In this document: piece by piece, positions 1-10,211 of the stretch
Position numbering within the stretch: position 1 is the stretch's first letter
Layout of the letters: every line of letters begins with the position of its first letter
IMG/VR virus record: IMGVR_UViG_3300033066_000276
Span: 1-64,000 of that record
Reading direction: 5' to 3' (one strand)
Source: a virus
Taxonomy: Duplodnaviria; Caudoviricetes
DNA length: 64,000 bases
The notes under the pieces: generated by a model
What the model was told of the DNA's origin: nothing
The model's database searches: none
Seen by the model: only the letters and a program-made list of their open reading frames with translations
Translations under genes and position numbers: made by a program

Positions 1-74
1 GCTGGTTCGCCTTGACGGAGCGAAGCGATTTGAGCTTCCGGTCCCCGTCTGATTTGAAAGAGATCACCTGACAT
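1..74 (-). CDS. Partial CDS (N-terminus only), probable tail fibre/adhesin-type protein
   Basis: ATG at 74 just downstream of the HNH stop; reads MSGDLFQIRRGPEAQIASLRQGEP, the I-x-RRG...L-x-x-GE motif typical of tail-fibre N-termini; runs off the window edge. Confidence 0.55.
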   Translation of the reverse strand, partial: MSGDLFQIRRGPEAQIASLRQGEP

Positions 75-78
75 TCGT

Positions 79-582
79 TTACCCTTCGGCCCATGTTCTA
101 TTGTGGACAATTTCGTCGATTACCCGATGGGTAACACCAAATTTTCTGCCCAATGCTCTACCGCCTAACTCACGATCTCTTGGAACACAGTTGGCACGTA
201 TCCAATTAACTTCGTCGAGCTTAAGTTTTGCTCGTCCGTGTCTCTCGCCGCGTGCAGTGGTCCCATGCTCCTTAGCATCATCGGAATTATTTTGTGCAGT
301 ACCGTACCTTAGATTTCTGTAGTAGTTGTGACGACTATCGCCGTCGCCATGGAGTACCATTGTACCTTTTGGTCGTGGTCCAATAAAAGCTGCTGCTACC
401 AAGTGATGTATTTTTCTTGTCGTCTTTTTGCCGTCCCTGCATAGACCAACTTGTAGGTATCCCTTACCTCTGTCATCAGAGTGCAGGCACAGTATCTTAT
501 TGGACTTAAGCGACTTCACTCGCCCTCGGTTTGAAATTAGGTAGTCCGAGTAGCCCTTAATAGGTTTCCACTTCTCGATCAT
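79..582 (-). CDS. NUMOD4-HNH homing endonuclease
   Basis: WKPIKGYSDYLISNRGRVKS (NUMOD4), HHLVAAAF...VLHGDGDSRHNYYRNLRYGT (HNH), C-terminal HTH; start moved to 582 (ATGA overlap with the upstream stop). Confidence 0.92.
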   Translation of the reverse strand: MIEKWKPIKGYSDYLISNRGRVKSLKSNKILCLHSDDRGKGYLQVGLCRDGKKTTRKIHHLVAAAFIGPRPKGTMVLHGDGDSRHNYYRNLRYGTAQNNSDDAKEHGTTARGERHGRAKLKLDEVNWIRANCVPRDRELGGRALGRKFGVTHRVIDEIVHNRTWAEG

Positions 583-2936
583 ACACTGGCCTCTAAGGTA
601 ATTAGCCAATCCAAAACCGTTGCGGCCTTCCCGGTAATCTCCACATACACCCCTCTTTGGTGCGCTGTTGCAGTGATTGTGAGTCCGCTTCCGTAGATTG
701 TGGTTTGTGAACTTTCGGTAAGAACTACTGAGCCACTCCAACCGCGTGTCGCCACGTATTCGATTTGAAGTCTGGCTGCTTCACCGCCTGCAACATCCCA
801 AGGTTGCCCAACTTCTGCAAGCACCTTGAACTTCTTGCGGCAACCCTTTTCAATTGGAATGAATAGGAGTTGCTTGGTTGTGTTGTCGGTAGTCTTAGTT
901 CGGTAGGTGTGTTCCTTAGCTGGTGCTGGTGAGTAGACGTTGGCAAACATTTGATCGAATTGACTTCTATCGAAGAAGGTCAATCCACCGTATAACCACA
1001 GGCGATAGTCTGCCAACACCGCAACTCGGCAACCTTCATTGCAGAGCTTAAGCGATGTAGGAGCTTCGTCTTGATTGAAGCCAAAGTCAGCTGAGTACAT
1101 TGTGCCAGTGACTACAGCTCCATCAGTAGTTTGGATGCCATAGTCAGTGAGCACGTACCATTCACCCATCAGAGGTTCGTATTGTAAATCGATCGGTTGC
1201 GCATCTTCGCTGCCGACTGCATAGAAATACGGTTCCTCGTTTTTGTTGGCGAGCGCAGTGTCTCTGATAAAGCCACGACGCATTTCATCAAGCGATGTAT
1301 AGTCCGGCTTACAGATACCAATGTGTCCAATTGACACAGCAGAGGCAGGCAAGGTACTAGCCACTGAAAGGCCAACTCTCCAAACACCGCTGCCGTTACT
1401 CAGACTTGCCGCTGCGTTGGTGACCGCTGTATCGGCCATCAGGATGCCGTCTCGGAACAACAGAATCCTTGAACCGTAGCGCATAGCGGCAAAGTGTACC
1501 GGAACACCATACGGCAATTCGTCAACGTCAGCCACCACGTCTGTAGTAGCGAAAGCGTCGTCAGTGATTGTCAACGTCAGGACGTTGTTGATGATAGACA
1601 CTCGAATAGCTGAACCCGAGTAACCAGACGGGGCATAGCCGTATTCGACAATCACTCTCGTACCTGTGTACAGGTCGTCCATACGCACGAGGCCGGAGAT
1701 AAGCCAATTGCCCAACGCCGGTTGCAAGGCGGATGGGTTGCCGGTTTTGGCTAGGTAGTTGCTTGCACTCCAGCCATTCCATAGTCTAGTAGCTGCACCA
1801 GGCATTGCTGAAAGGTAGCCAAGTGAGCCAACCTTGGTCCAGTCAGCACCCCAGATAATATCATCTTCAGGGGCTGCCGTATCACCCGCTAGGATAGCTG
1901 CACCGCCAGAGCCATACAGGGTGAGTGAGTTACGGTTTGATCCCATGCGTTGCTGCACGAAACCATTACCTAGGATACCGAACATGATAACGTCGGTGCC
2001 TCGGATCAAAGCACAGTGCTCAATATCCGTGGACACAACCTTGGTAGTTGCACCCGCCGTCTGCAGCACCGAGTCGTTCCAGTCTGCCCCGGTAATCAAG
2101 GCACTTGATCCGAGGTAACGTAAACGGTTCTCAGGTGAGACAACGTAGACAACTTGAGTGCTAGCGTCAACACCAGCAGAGACAATCATCGTACCGTCGC
2201 GGCCAAGATCGGCTGAGTTAACGGTATCGAAGCCACTGTCAGTCCAGCTGGCGATGGTCAAGTCAGGATTGATCGTCACTACCCTATCGGCGTAACGGAG
2301 CAACACTGTTGGGCGTTCAAGCCCACGGGCCGAGTCACCACCGTTGAAGACCGGCTGTACTTTCAAGCCTAAGATAACAGCATCAGGCAAAGTGTCTGTG
2401 CTGATCGTGGCGTCCGGCCAGAACTCACCCCATTCAGCCCACTGCTGCGGTGTTCTTCCACCGTGCATCAGGCTGATACCCGCTGACGTGAAGCGGAATA
2501 TGTGTCCAGTGAGCAAGTCAAATGCATACAGCGTGCGTGCATCTACTTGTGCGCCACTGCGACCAACGATAAAGACCATACCGTTAGCCGCAGCAGTCAG
2601 AGTACGGCCACCGTTTGGAACAGGCCCACTTAGATTGGCCCAAACGGAGTGGATAGGTTGTTCTTCGTCTTCTTCAACTGCCACCGTCGCATCGTAGATA
2701 ACGGTTTCAATCGAAGTAGTAGCGATGACCACTGACGACGGAAACATAGTTCTTTCGATCTGGGTTTCCAGCCAGTTTTGTCGGCCAGCATCAACACGAA
2801 ACTTCTCTCGCCATCTACCACCGTCACAATCCCGTGTAGTATCGTACAGACAAATGTCGAGTACGTCATCACGCCGGAAGAGTTCCGGTTGTGACTTGAA
2901 CAGTAGTGGCTTTGTATTTGCAGCAGGATTTTTCAT
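579..2936 (-). CDS. Tail fibre / receptor-binding-like protein with LamG (concanavalin-like) domain
   Basis: 785 aa, beta-rich; GVPVHFAAMRYGSRILLFRDG LamG-like segment; paralogous to 2945..6256 (YDTTRDCDGGRWREK vs YECRRDWDAGIWRDR); located after the baseplate genes. Confidence 0.7.
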   Translation of the reverse strand: MKNPAANTKPLLFKSQPELFRRDDVLDICLYDTTRDCDGGRWREKFRVDAGRQNWLETQIERTMFPSSVVIATTSIETVIYDATVAVEEDEEQPIHSVWANLSGPVPNGGRTLTAAANGMVFIVGRSGAQVDARTLYAFDLLTGHIFRFTSAGISLMHGGRTPQQWAEWGEFWPDATISTDTLPDAVILGLKVQPVFNGGDSARGLERPTVLLRYADRVVTINPDLTIASWTDSGFDTVNSADLGRDGTMIVSAGVDASTQVVYVVSPENRLRYLGSSALITGADWNDSVLQTAGATTKVVSTDIEHCALIRGTDVIMFGILGNGFVQQRMGSNRNSLTLYGSGGAAILAGDTAAPEDDIIWGADWTKVGSLGYLSAMPGAATRLWNGWSASNYLAKTGNPSALQPALGNWLISGLVRMDDLYTGTRVIVEYGYAPSGYSGSAIRVSIINNVLTLTITDDAFATTDVVADVDELPYGVPVHFAAMRYGSRILLFRDGILMADTAVTNAAASLSNGSGVWRVGLSVASTLPASAVSIGHIGICKPDYTSLDEMRRGFIRDTALANKNEEPYFYAVGSEDAQPIDLQYEPLMGEWYVLTDYGIQTTDGAVVTGTMYSADFGFNQDEAPTSLKLCNEGCRVAVLADYRLWLYGGLTFFDRSQFDQMFANVYSPAPAKEHTYRTKTTDNTTKQLLFIPIEKGCRKKFKVLAEVGQPWDVAGGEAARLQIEYVATRGWSGSVVLTESSQTTIYGSGLTITATAHQRGVYVEITGKAATVLDWLITLEASV

Positions 2937-2944
2937 TACTGTTC

Positions 2945-5900
2945 TCAGTTCGAGTTGGGTTCACGTTTGATGATCTCAGTGAAGACTGGGCTTATGTCTA
3001 GAACCCAGGTTCCAGTTTCAATCCCGCCACCAATGCTGCCACCCATCCAAGTGGCATAACCACCATCCCATTGGTTATACCAAAAGGTAGGAACCCAAAG
3101 GTCCGGTGGATCACGTCCTGGATTGCCGTCACCGGCAGGCAGCTTACGAGCAGAGGTAATCTCTTTGTAGAGTAAGTTGGCTTGTAAGGCCGCACCGTTG
3201 TAGTCGCCAGCCGTAAAGATCGCACGAGTATGAGGGATTTCACCATACGATGTATCCCAATACAGATCTTTCCACACTTGCCATCTACCGACAACTCGCA
3301 TCGACTTGGCTCGGTTGTCCCAATCCGCAATCCCGTTGGCCGAGTATCCTCTCAAGTCGCGCACGTCACCATAGAAGGTCACGCTGCTTCCTGTCAGATC
3401 ATCGTTGGTGAAGAAGGTGATGGCGTAGGTGGGGTCAGTTTCAACTGGCGGATCAACCGGATCAGGTGGATCAACCGGAGTAGGTGGCGGCGGCGGTGAC
3501 GGTGGATTTGGCTCAACTGGAGTAGCTGCCGATTTACTTTGGACCAGCACCATCGAGTGCTCACTGTCGATAATCCAGCGAATGTCGATGACGTTGCTAT
3601 CGGCAAGCGTACTCGACGTTCCTGTTTCCTCAACCGTGATGACACCGTTGCGGTTCTTCGAGATCTTCAGGTCCTTATACACGTAGCCAATCACATTGAT
3701 TGAACCCGTCCTGATGAACTCGTAGTCATACACCGAGACCTTGACCGTGCAGAACTTGGTTTCGTTGTCACGTATTGGGATAGAACCAACCGTCTTCCAC
3801 AGGTTAGCTCGGTCCACAACTGCTGTGAACGCACCGTTGAACGTGTTACGTCCACGTGCGCCACCGAAGCCCCACCCTTCGGCCTTGCGACCACGGAGGT
3901 TCTTGTTGGCCTCACCCCGCAAGAAGATCGACGGGAATGAGATCCACGTACCCGCTGGCGTGCTAGCGAGATAACTACCATAGCGAGTTGAGATGTCTCG
4001 AATGTTGTTGCTTGGCAAGTTGTTAGACGAACCAACCACAACAGTCTCTACTCGTTGCAGACCGTTGAAGAGCATGATGCCCACGTCGGTTGCAAGGGCG
4101 ATGTTATCAGTCTCAAGGTCAAAGTCCACGTTACGGACTTCGGTAGCGCCCGTGCCAATCGTCCACGCCAAGTCAGCGTTCTGGAAGATGTCACGTTCGT
4201 AGTCAACGATCTGCTCTATTTGATACGGCGAGAGGGCCGAACGAGCAACTCGCAGCAATGCCAAAGACCCGTTAGTGAATGGCAACGTTGTGTTGATACG
4301 GCAACCAATTCTAAACAGCGCCGACGTGTTCTCAACCCCCAGGTAACCACTCGGCACAGTCTCTGTATCTTGCAGTGTACCGTTGAGCCAGAGCTCAAAT
4401 CGATCGTTCTCACGATAGACAATAGCAACAATGCCAAAGTTGTCATCGTCTACGGCAGCCAAGGTCTTCAGTGTTTTGGTTGTGCCGTTCGAGGTAAACT
4501 CAAAGCACAGCAGACTGGTCGTGGCTTCGATATAGCATCTGTAACCATAGGCCGCTGTCGGTGTACTATTGAACTCGAACAGGTTCTCTTCCGCTGCCGT
4601 CGCCGACTCTCTAAAGTGAAACAGAAGAGAGAACTCACTGGTGCCGAGGTTGAGATTACTGCTAGCTGCAACCGTGATGTAGTTTGAAGAGGACCAACCT
4701 TCGTAGTAGTTGATCTCACCCCAAATCTGCTCAAGCACTGTACCCGTATGAGTAATGGTCTTGGCAGCACTTACCGATCTATCAGCCGTGTAGCCGTTGC
4801 AAAGGGCAGCCAGACGGCAATCTCCCGGCAGGAAGCCACTGATGTAGTCCGGACCTGTGATCGCCAGCAATCCCAAACCAGGGAACACTAGGTCGTCAAG
4901 CATAGTCCAAAGCTGCACGTTGCTAGAGCTGTAATCAACCCCAACGAAGAACTTGCCTACACCGGCAGCAATCTTTGCGTTCTCGGTGTAAGTGAAGTCG
5001 GGTAGCCGTAAGGCATACGTCCAATCGTTGTAGTAGACGTAGCTGACCACGCTCTCAATCAAAGAGTCGTTAGCCCGCCACATATCGACGCGGTTCTCAG
5101 TGATATTGGTAGCGTAGATAGTCCCGTCGGGAGACACCGCCAGATCTTCATACAAGTTCGAGCCAGACCGAACCGTCACCACCGCATCGTTCGGCAGAAT
5201 ACGTTTGATCCCTGCGTCTTCGGTAAGCACGTCACACGTTGGCAACGGCATCCCGGTTCTAGGATCAATGTCTGAACTCATAAAGTATTCGGCCACCACT
5301 TTCAGGACCGAATTTGAACCAATCGAAAGCGAGGAAGAACCACTCTCCTGCTGGATGATGTTGTCGGAGTTGCGCTTACTGATCGGCAGGCTAAAGCGAG
5401 CCCGATAAGCAGAGCGATACAACCAAGTCTCATCACGGATGAAGTCGATGATCGAAAGACCACCTGTGTCTGTGCCCACGTAGATCGAACCGTTCTTTGC
5501 GTACAAGCAAGTAACGGCTGCGGTGACGTGGTACAATGCAGAGACTTCAAACGTCATCCATAGCGGTAGGGTAACGTCGTCACCATCATAGATACGTAGT
5601 TCTGTCGGTGTGGCTACGATGACGGCAATAGACGGAAACTCATTGCGTGAGCCGCGAGTAGCACCTTCGGTTTCAGAGAACCACGAAGTATGCCCAACTC
5701 GATCCCGCCAGATGCCAGCATCCCAATCGCGACGGCACTCATAGATGAACACCGCCGTGATCGTGTTGTCTTCATCTACCACCTTGTCAACGGCACGAAG
5801 CACAAAGTCGTCAGAGGTGCTAGTCCCAGTAACACTGAGTCCTGCTTCCGCAACCAACTCTACCTTGACTTGCACGTCGTTATCAGTGGCAAGGACTTTA

Positions 5901-6256
5901 ACCTCGTCACCAACAACTAAGGCGAAGTTTCCACTCGGGAAGTAGAAACCGGTGCCATGTTCTTCCGAACTGTAGCCCGACAGACCACCAGTGGTCAGCG
6001 AGCCTTCTTTGAAGATAACACTACCCTCGCTGGCGTCAACTGAAACACCATCATCTGGCGGCGTGTCTTTGCCTGGTGCAATACCGCCAGTGGTTACGTT
6101 GAGAGCAGGGAACCACAGTGCATTGACTGTGCCCTGACCTACGCCTAGACGTTTGGCAATGTCATCCCAGATCAACTCGGCTGTACGCAGCTCTTCCCCG
6201 GTAGGGATAGGCGGCGAGCCTTGTCTCAATACGATACGAAACGGCATCCCTGACAT
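2945..6256 (-). CDS. Large tail fibre / adhesin with LamG domain, Pro-rich linker and C-terminal beta/gamma-crystallin-like domain
   Basis: 1103 aa; N-terminal fibre motif IVLRQG...ELIWD; LamG segment FGIVAIVYRENDRFELWLNG; PPSPPPPPTPVDPPDPVDPP linker; WDNRAKSMRVVGRWQVW crystallin-like motif. Confidence 0.72.
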   Translation of the reverse strand: MSGMPFRIVLRQGSPPIPTGEELRTAELIWDDIAKRLGVGQGTVNALWFPALNVTTGGIAPGKDTPPDDGVSVDASEGSVIFKEGSLTTGGLSGYSSEEHGTGFYFPSGNFALVVGDEVKVLATDNDVQVKVELVAEAGLSVTGTSTSDDFVLRAVDKVVDEDNTITAVFIYECRRDWDAGIWRDRVGHTSWFSETEGATRGSRNEFPSIAVIVATPTELRIYDGDDVTLPLWMTFEVSALYHVTAAVTCLYAKNGSIYVGTDTGGLSIIDFIRDETWLYRSAYRARFSLPISKRNSDNIIQQESGSSSLSIGSNSVLKVVAEYFMSSDIDPRTGMPLPTCDVLTEDAGIKRILPNDAVVTVRSGSNLYEDLAVSPDGTIYATNITENRVDMWRANDSLIESVVSYVYYNDWTYALRLPDFTYTENAKIAAGVGKFFVGVDYSSSNVQLWTMLDDLVFPGLGLLAITGPDYISGFLPGDCRLAALCNGYTADRSVSAAKTITHTGTVLEQIWGEINYYEGWSSSNYITVAASSNLNLGTSEFSLLFHFRESATAAEENLFEFNSTPTAAYGYRCYIEATTSLLCFEFTSNGTTKTLKTLAAVDDDNFGIVAIVYRENDRFELWLNGTLQDTETVPSGYLGVENTSALFRIGCRINTTLPFTNGSLALLRVARSALSPYQIEQIVDYERDIFQNADLAWTIGTGATEVRNVDFDLETDNIALATDVGIMLFNGLQRVETVVVGSSNNLPSNNIRDISTRYGSYLASTPAGTWISFPSIFLRGEANKNLRGRKAEGWGFGGARGRNTFNGAFTAVVDRANLWKTVGSIPIRDNETKFCTVKVSVYDYEFIRTGSINVIGYVYKDLKISKNRNGVITVEETGTSSTLADSNVIDIRWIIDSEHSMVLVQSKSAATPVEPNPPSPPPPPTPVDPPDPVDPPVETDPTYAITFFTNDDLTGSSVTFYGDVRDLRGYSANGIADWDNRAKSMRVVGRWQVWKDLYWDTSYGEIPHTRAIFTAGDYNGAALQANLLYKEITSARKLPAGDGNPGRDPPDLWVPTFWYNQWDGGYATWMGGSIGGGIETGTWVLDISPVFTEIIKREPNSN

Positions 6257-7062
6257 TATACAAATTCTCCGCCGTTAATTTCAACGCCGTCTTGACTGTC
6301 GGTGAAACTACCGCCGTCAAACTCTCGTGATGGGTTAGTGGTTGTGAAGAAGCCACCATCGAACTCTCGTCCAATAAAGGCTTCGTAGCCGTCTCCGACA
6401 ACACCGCCGTCGATTACCCCGTAATTGGGGTCGTCAAGACGTTGCATCCATGGGTAAGCGTACCAGTCATTTTCTTCCATGTGCGCCGCAACAATAGCTG
6501 GTATCAGCTTATCTTGAAACTGTGACGCCAAGTAGATGAAATTCTGTGTCGTGTCTGGTGTGCCCAAGTCAGCAGCATCAGGGATCGTCGGCAGTTCGTT
6601 GTACTCTGGCACCGTAATGGTGATAGCCAACGTGTCCGGTGAGCGCGAGAACACGATCGGAACATAGTAGCTGAGGATGTTTCCCGTCTGCGTGCCAGTG
6701 CTACGGTACTTCTCACCCGCAGCTGGGAGAGACATAAGCACCAACGGGCGTCGGTACTGATCGAGGATACAAACATTGCCAACAGCAAAGTTGCCGATCA
6801 GTTCATCCAGGGTAATGATGGCGTAACTGGTTTTCCCATCGGGGTCCAGTTCCATACGCATGTTCGCTAAGGTGCCTTCGTACACGAAGTCCTTAACGTC
6901 AACCATGTCAACTCTTGGCGTGAAACCAAACTGCGAACCGATGCGGAAGTAGGTGACTTTCACCGCCTCCCCCGAGCGCATCATTTCACCTAGCGCACGC
7001 GACGCAGTGTTGAGCAAGATTGACTGTGGATCAGGGTTGCTAGGCATTAGAATAACCACCAA
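6256..7062 (-). CDS. Baseplate / tail-fibre attachment protein
   Basis: Position after wedge genes; VKVTYFRIG and GNFAVGNVCI tail-collar-like segments; paralog of 7047..7754. Confidence 0.5.
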   Translation of the reverse strand: MVVILMPSNPDPQSILLNTASRALGEMMRSGEAVKVTYFRIGSQFGFTPRVDMVDVKDFVYEGTLANMRMELDPDGKTSYAIITLDELIGNFAVGNVCILDQYRRPLVLMSLPAAGEKYRSTGTQTGNILSYYVPIVFSRSPDTLAITITVPEYNELPTIPDAADLGTPDTTQNFIYLASQFQDKLIPAIVAAHMEENDWYAYPWMQRLDDPNYGVIDGGVVGDGYEAFIGREFDGGFFTTTNPSREFDGGSFTDSQDGVEINGGEFV

Positions 7063-7754
7063 ATGTCATCATCTTCCCCATACGAATCTCCCAAGTAGCC
7101 ACCCTCAATGACGAACGGTTCTGTCTCGTCTCGACTCATGGCGAATGGCATACCATACCATTCTTCAGCGCCAGGAGGACGAACAATAACCGACGGTCTA
7201 TTAGACGGCAACAGTGGGTGAGTTTGCAGTATGCCGACATTCGACGGCGCTACTTTTGCATCCGGTATATCATCGATAGTATCGTAGTAGGGTAAGGTGA
7301 AGTCTTCCAAGAAGGCGTCAACGTCGAAACCAGTGACAAGATTGGTGCCATCTAGCACAACTTTGAACTGGAACTCGTTACCAGCATAGCGTTGTGCATT
7401 TGCTTCCAACTCATACTTGGTCAGGCGAGTGTCGAATTGAAAGAGGAAAAGAGGAACCTCGTCTCCACCAACGTCAACCCAAGCCAATACGCTACCCATT
7501 CGCATGGCAGCGGCTTGGTCTTTAATATGGAACGTAAGCCGTAGGTAGTTCAGTCCGTAGGGATAGGCCGTTATCGTCGTGCCTGTGTAGTCCGCGGCTT
7601 CAACAAGCCCTGTCATATCAGGGTCAATGTCAGCGTCCGTAAGCAGCGATACTCGTGTCTCAAAACGTAATGGGACAACCAGCGGACCAGTAGTAGCAAT
7701 CGCTGCCGCTACTGCGTCTTTACCAAGGTTGAGGAAGTGAGGCGTGATAATCAT
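7047..7754 (-). CDS. Baseplate / tail-fibre attachment protein (paralog of 6256..7062)
   Basis: Shared C-terminal pattern LP...WY(G/A)xP...D...VI(E/D)GG..GD.Y; position in the baseplate module. Confidence 0.5.
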   Translation of the reverse strand: MIITPHFLNLGKDAVAAAIATTGPLVVPLRFETRVSLLTDADIDPDMTGLVEAADYTGTTITAYPYGLNYLRLTFHIKDQAAAMRMGSVLAWVDVGGDEVPLFLFQFDTRLTKYELEANAQRYAGNEFQFKVVLDGTNLVTGFDVDAFLEDFTLPYYDTIDDIPDAKVAPSNVGILQTHPLLPSNRPSVIVRPPGAEEWYGMPFAMSRDETEPFVIEGGYLGDSYGEDDDIWWLF

Positions 7755-8632
7755 GTAAGCGATGCTCTAGTGCAAAGTTGGTTGCGTTCAAGATACGTAG
7801 TGCCGCAACGTAGGTCTACGAGCGGTGAAAAGACTGGAAATGCAGCGATACGCTTGAGGACCAAATGCGCTGGCATAATGAAGTCGAACAGATCATACAG
7901 GCGTGGAATGTCCAGCTTGGTGTAGGTCAAACTATCGTACTGCATCTCAACGTAAGGCGTCGGGAACCATTGGTTAGGCCGGTCCTGATTAAGTCCATCT
8001 GAGCGTGGCTTGAATGGTTCCATAAACGGCATGTAGATCGAAAGGAACTCGTCACGCTTGCGCATCCACAAAGTTTCCGACCGAAACTCAATGCCTAGAA
8101 TCCAGTTCATCCAGTTGACGGTGAACGGGCTGCCCTTGTAGTTTGTAAACTCGCCCCAGGTAGTGAAGATACGGTGCAAGTCTTCTTCACGTAAGCTGTC
8201 AATAGACAGGGTGAAACCAAGCATCGAAATGTTCTTCGACAGAATGTCGCGAGTGTGCGTGGCTTTCTGTGTGACGTCTGTGTACGAGGTGACTGGTTCT
8301 CCGTTCTCATCGTAGGTGGTGTAAGACACGGTGATACTGTCATCGGCATCGTACAAAGCGTAGTCGGTAGACAGTGAGTGTTCGGTGTTGGGGTTCCGCT
8401 TAACCTGATAAACAACACCCTCAGTCTCTACACCGTCAAGGTCGAAGACAACACGATCACCACGATAGAACAGGTAGTCGTGACGCAACATCTGCAGTTC
8501 GGTACGCGCGGTATCGACGAAGATGTCGATGATTTGATTGCTAGCGGCGCAAAAATCATAGATAAAGTCCTGCTCAGCCAACCTCGTTGGCAGCAGCTTC
8601 GTCATATCTGGCTTGTTGCGTAGCAGTTTCAT
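7751..8632 (-). CDS. Baseplate wedge protein (gp7/GpI-like)
   Basis: Follows the gp6-like gene; LLPTRL...LSKNISMLGF...NYKGS...FDFIMPAHLVL pattern of wedge proteins. Confidence 0.55.
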   Translation of the reverse strand: MKLLRNKPDMTKLLPTRLAEQDFIYDFCAASNQIIDIFVDTARTELQMLRHDYLFYRGDRVVFDLDGVETEGVVYQVKRNPNTEHSLSTDYALYDADDSITVSYTTYDENGEPVTSYTDVTQKATHTRDILSKNISMLGFTLSIDSLREEDLHRIFTTWGEFTNYKGSPFTVNWMNWILGIEFRSETLWMRKRDEFLSIYMPFMEPFKPRSDGLNQDRPNQWFPTPYVEMQYDSLTYTKLDIPRLYDLFDFIMPAHLVLKRIAAFPVFSPLVDLRCGTTYLERNQLCTRASLT

Positions 8633-8633
8633 G

Positions 8634-10211
8634 TTAGCTCATCTTGCTCCCGGCAAACGCACGCTCACCGTAATGCATGTTCAAGGTGATGTTCTCTGCC
8701 GACAACATGGCAAAGTGCAGCGGTTGAATAGCCAGATCAACGCCAGGGCTATTGAGTTTGAAATGAGTGATCTTGGTGGCGATCTCACCCTTGCCCTTGA
8801 GGATGCCGTCAATGTCGCTTCGATACACTGACCTACCCAAAGACCCGCGGCGAATTGCGAAGTATTCCAACAGGTTTGAGATCAACTCGGTCTTGACTGA
8901 CAACAGGTTACTGTTTGGCACGCAGTAGATATCAGCGTTTAGGTGAATGTCAACTCGCACCGGATCTTCCCGGTTCAAGATGAAGTTCAACACCGACTTC
9001 TCTTGCATGTAGTCTTCGAACCGGCCCCACTGTGTTTCATTCCACACCGAGCCATCAATCGGCAGCATGGTAATGAAGATCATGCACATAAGGGAGTTGT
9101 CGTTGGGATTGATCCGACGTTGACCACGGACTTTGCAATCGCCAACACTCTGATACTCAAGCGCGATCGCTTCCATATCATCGTGACCAACACCAACACC
9201 TCTTGAGGCAAAACCATACGGGCCAACCAGACGATAGTGTTCAGCTTCGCGCTGGTTGTCACCATTCTCAATTGCCGTAGTGGTGATGCCGCCGATGTTA
9301 GAGTTATCGTTGCACGACACAGACAGGTCGGTTAGTACCGAATTTGCTTCTGCACCAACGGTACGCACCCAGGTAACGCTGATAGTCTCATTGACCGGCG
9401 GGATAATGCCGTTGATACCGTTACCGAAAATCAACTCCGACATACCGCGTGGCGTGGTGAAGTCTGAGAAGGCTTCTACCTTGCCGTACTTCCAGATGCC
9501 GTCGGTTTTTCTATCGTAGTTTACTCCGTTGACAGTGACCACAATATCAGAGTCACTGGTGGTGAAATCGCGGCGACCAATCTCGATGCGCTGATATTGC
9601 TCACCAGTAGACGAGAAGGCTTCGGTGTTGACGATGCCCTCATACAGCATCACCGCTTCCAATTCCGTCACGCCTTCGTTGAAGACGATCACGTCACGGT
9701 TGAAGAACTTTTGGTTGCCGATGGTGAACTGAGAGTAGGCTGGAATGAACTGAATCTCGCTGTCGTCATCGTTGGTTAGCGTGACTTCTACTTCTGCAGG
9801 ACGGCGGCGAAGAATACGATTGCCCAGGGTGCGAGCCAGGGCATAGATCGAGTTCGGCAATTTCTGGGTGTCACGATGGGTTTCCTGCGCCGATCGGATC
9901 ACAGCTACTTGCAATAGGTTGACTGCCGCAGCCATGACTGAGACCAGCATGTTGCCGGTCCCCGCCATCGAAATGTCTTCCCAACTATCGTACTCACGCA
10001 GCACTTGTTGGAAGCGGGCGTAAACCTCTTCAAAGTCAGGTAGCAGATCACCCAGGGCCACGGCATCGGGAGCATTATCCTCGATAGCAGTTTGTACCCA
10101 GGCTGAAATTTGATCTATATCGAGGCCCGTTGGAAGTCGGGCTCGGTTATCCAGCAGTTGATTGTACACATATTCGCCGACAAGCGGCGAGATACGATCA
10201 GCGTAAGCCAT
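8634..10211 (-). CDS. Baseplate wedge protein (T4 gp6 / GpJ-like)
   Basis: LPDFEEVY...WED, SIYALARTLG, LIFGNGINGIIPP, WVRTVGAEAN: gp6-family motifs. Confidence 0.85.
   Translation of the reverse strand: MAYADRISPLVGEYVYNQLLDNRARLPTGLDIDQISAWVQTAIEDNAPDAVALGDLLPDFEEVYARFQQVLREYDSWEDISMAGTGNMLVSVMAAAVNLLQVAVIRSAQETHRDTQKLPNSIYALARTLGNRILRRRPAEVEVTLTNDDDSEIQFIPAYSQFTIGNQKFFNRDVIVFNEGVTELEAVMLYEGIVNTEAFSSTGEQYQRIEIGRRDFTTSDSDIVVTVNGVNYDRKTDGIWKYGKVEAFSDFTTPRGMSELIFGNGINGIIPPVNETISVTWVRTVGAEANSVLTDLSVSCNDNSNIGGITTTAIENGDNQREAEHYRLVGPYGFASRGVGVGHDDMEAIALEYQSVGDCKVRGQRRINPNDNSLMCMIFITMLPIDGSVWNETQWGRFEDYMQEKSVLNFILNREDPVRVDIHLNADIYCVPNSNLLSVKTELISNLLEYFAIRRGSLGRSVYRSDIDGILKGKGEIATKITHFKLNSPGVDLAIQPLHFAMLSAENITLNMHYGERAFAGSKMS

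Noticed and set aside
583-741. Long N-terminal extension of the first HNH ORF
   Set aside because: Overlaps the end of the fibre gene; an ATGA-coupled start at 582 gives a normal NUMOD4 N-terminus
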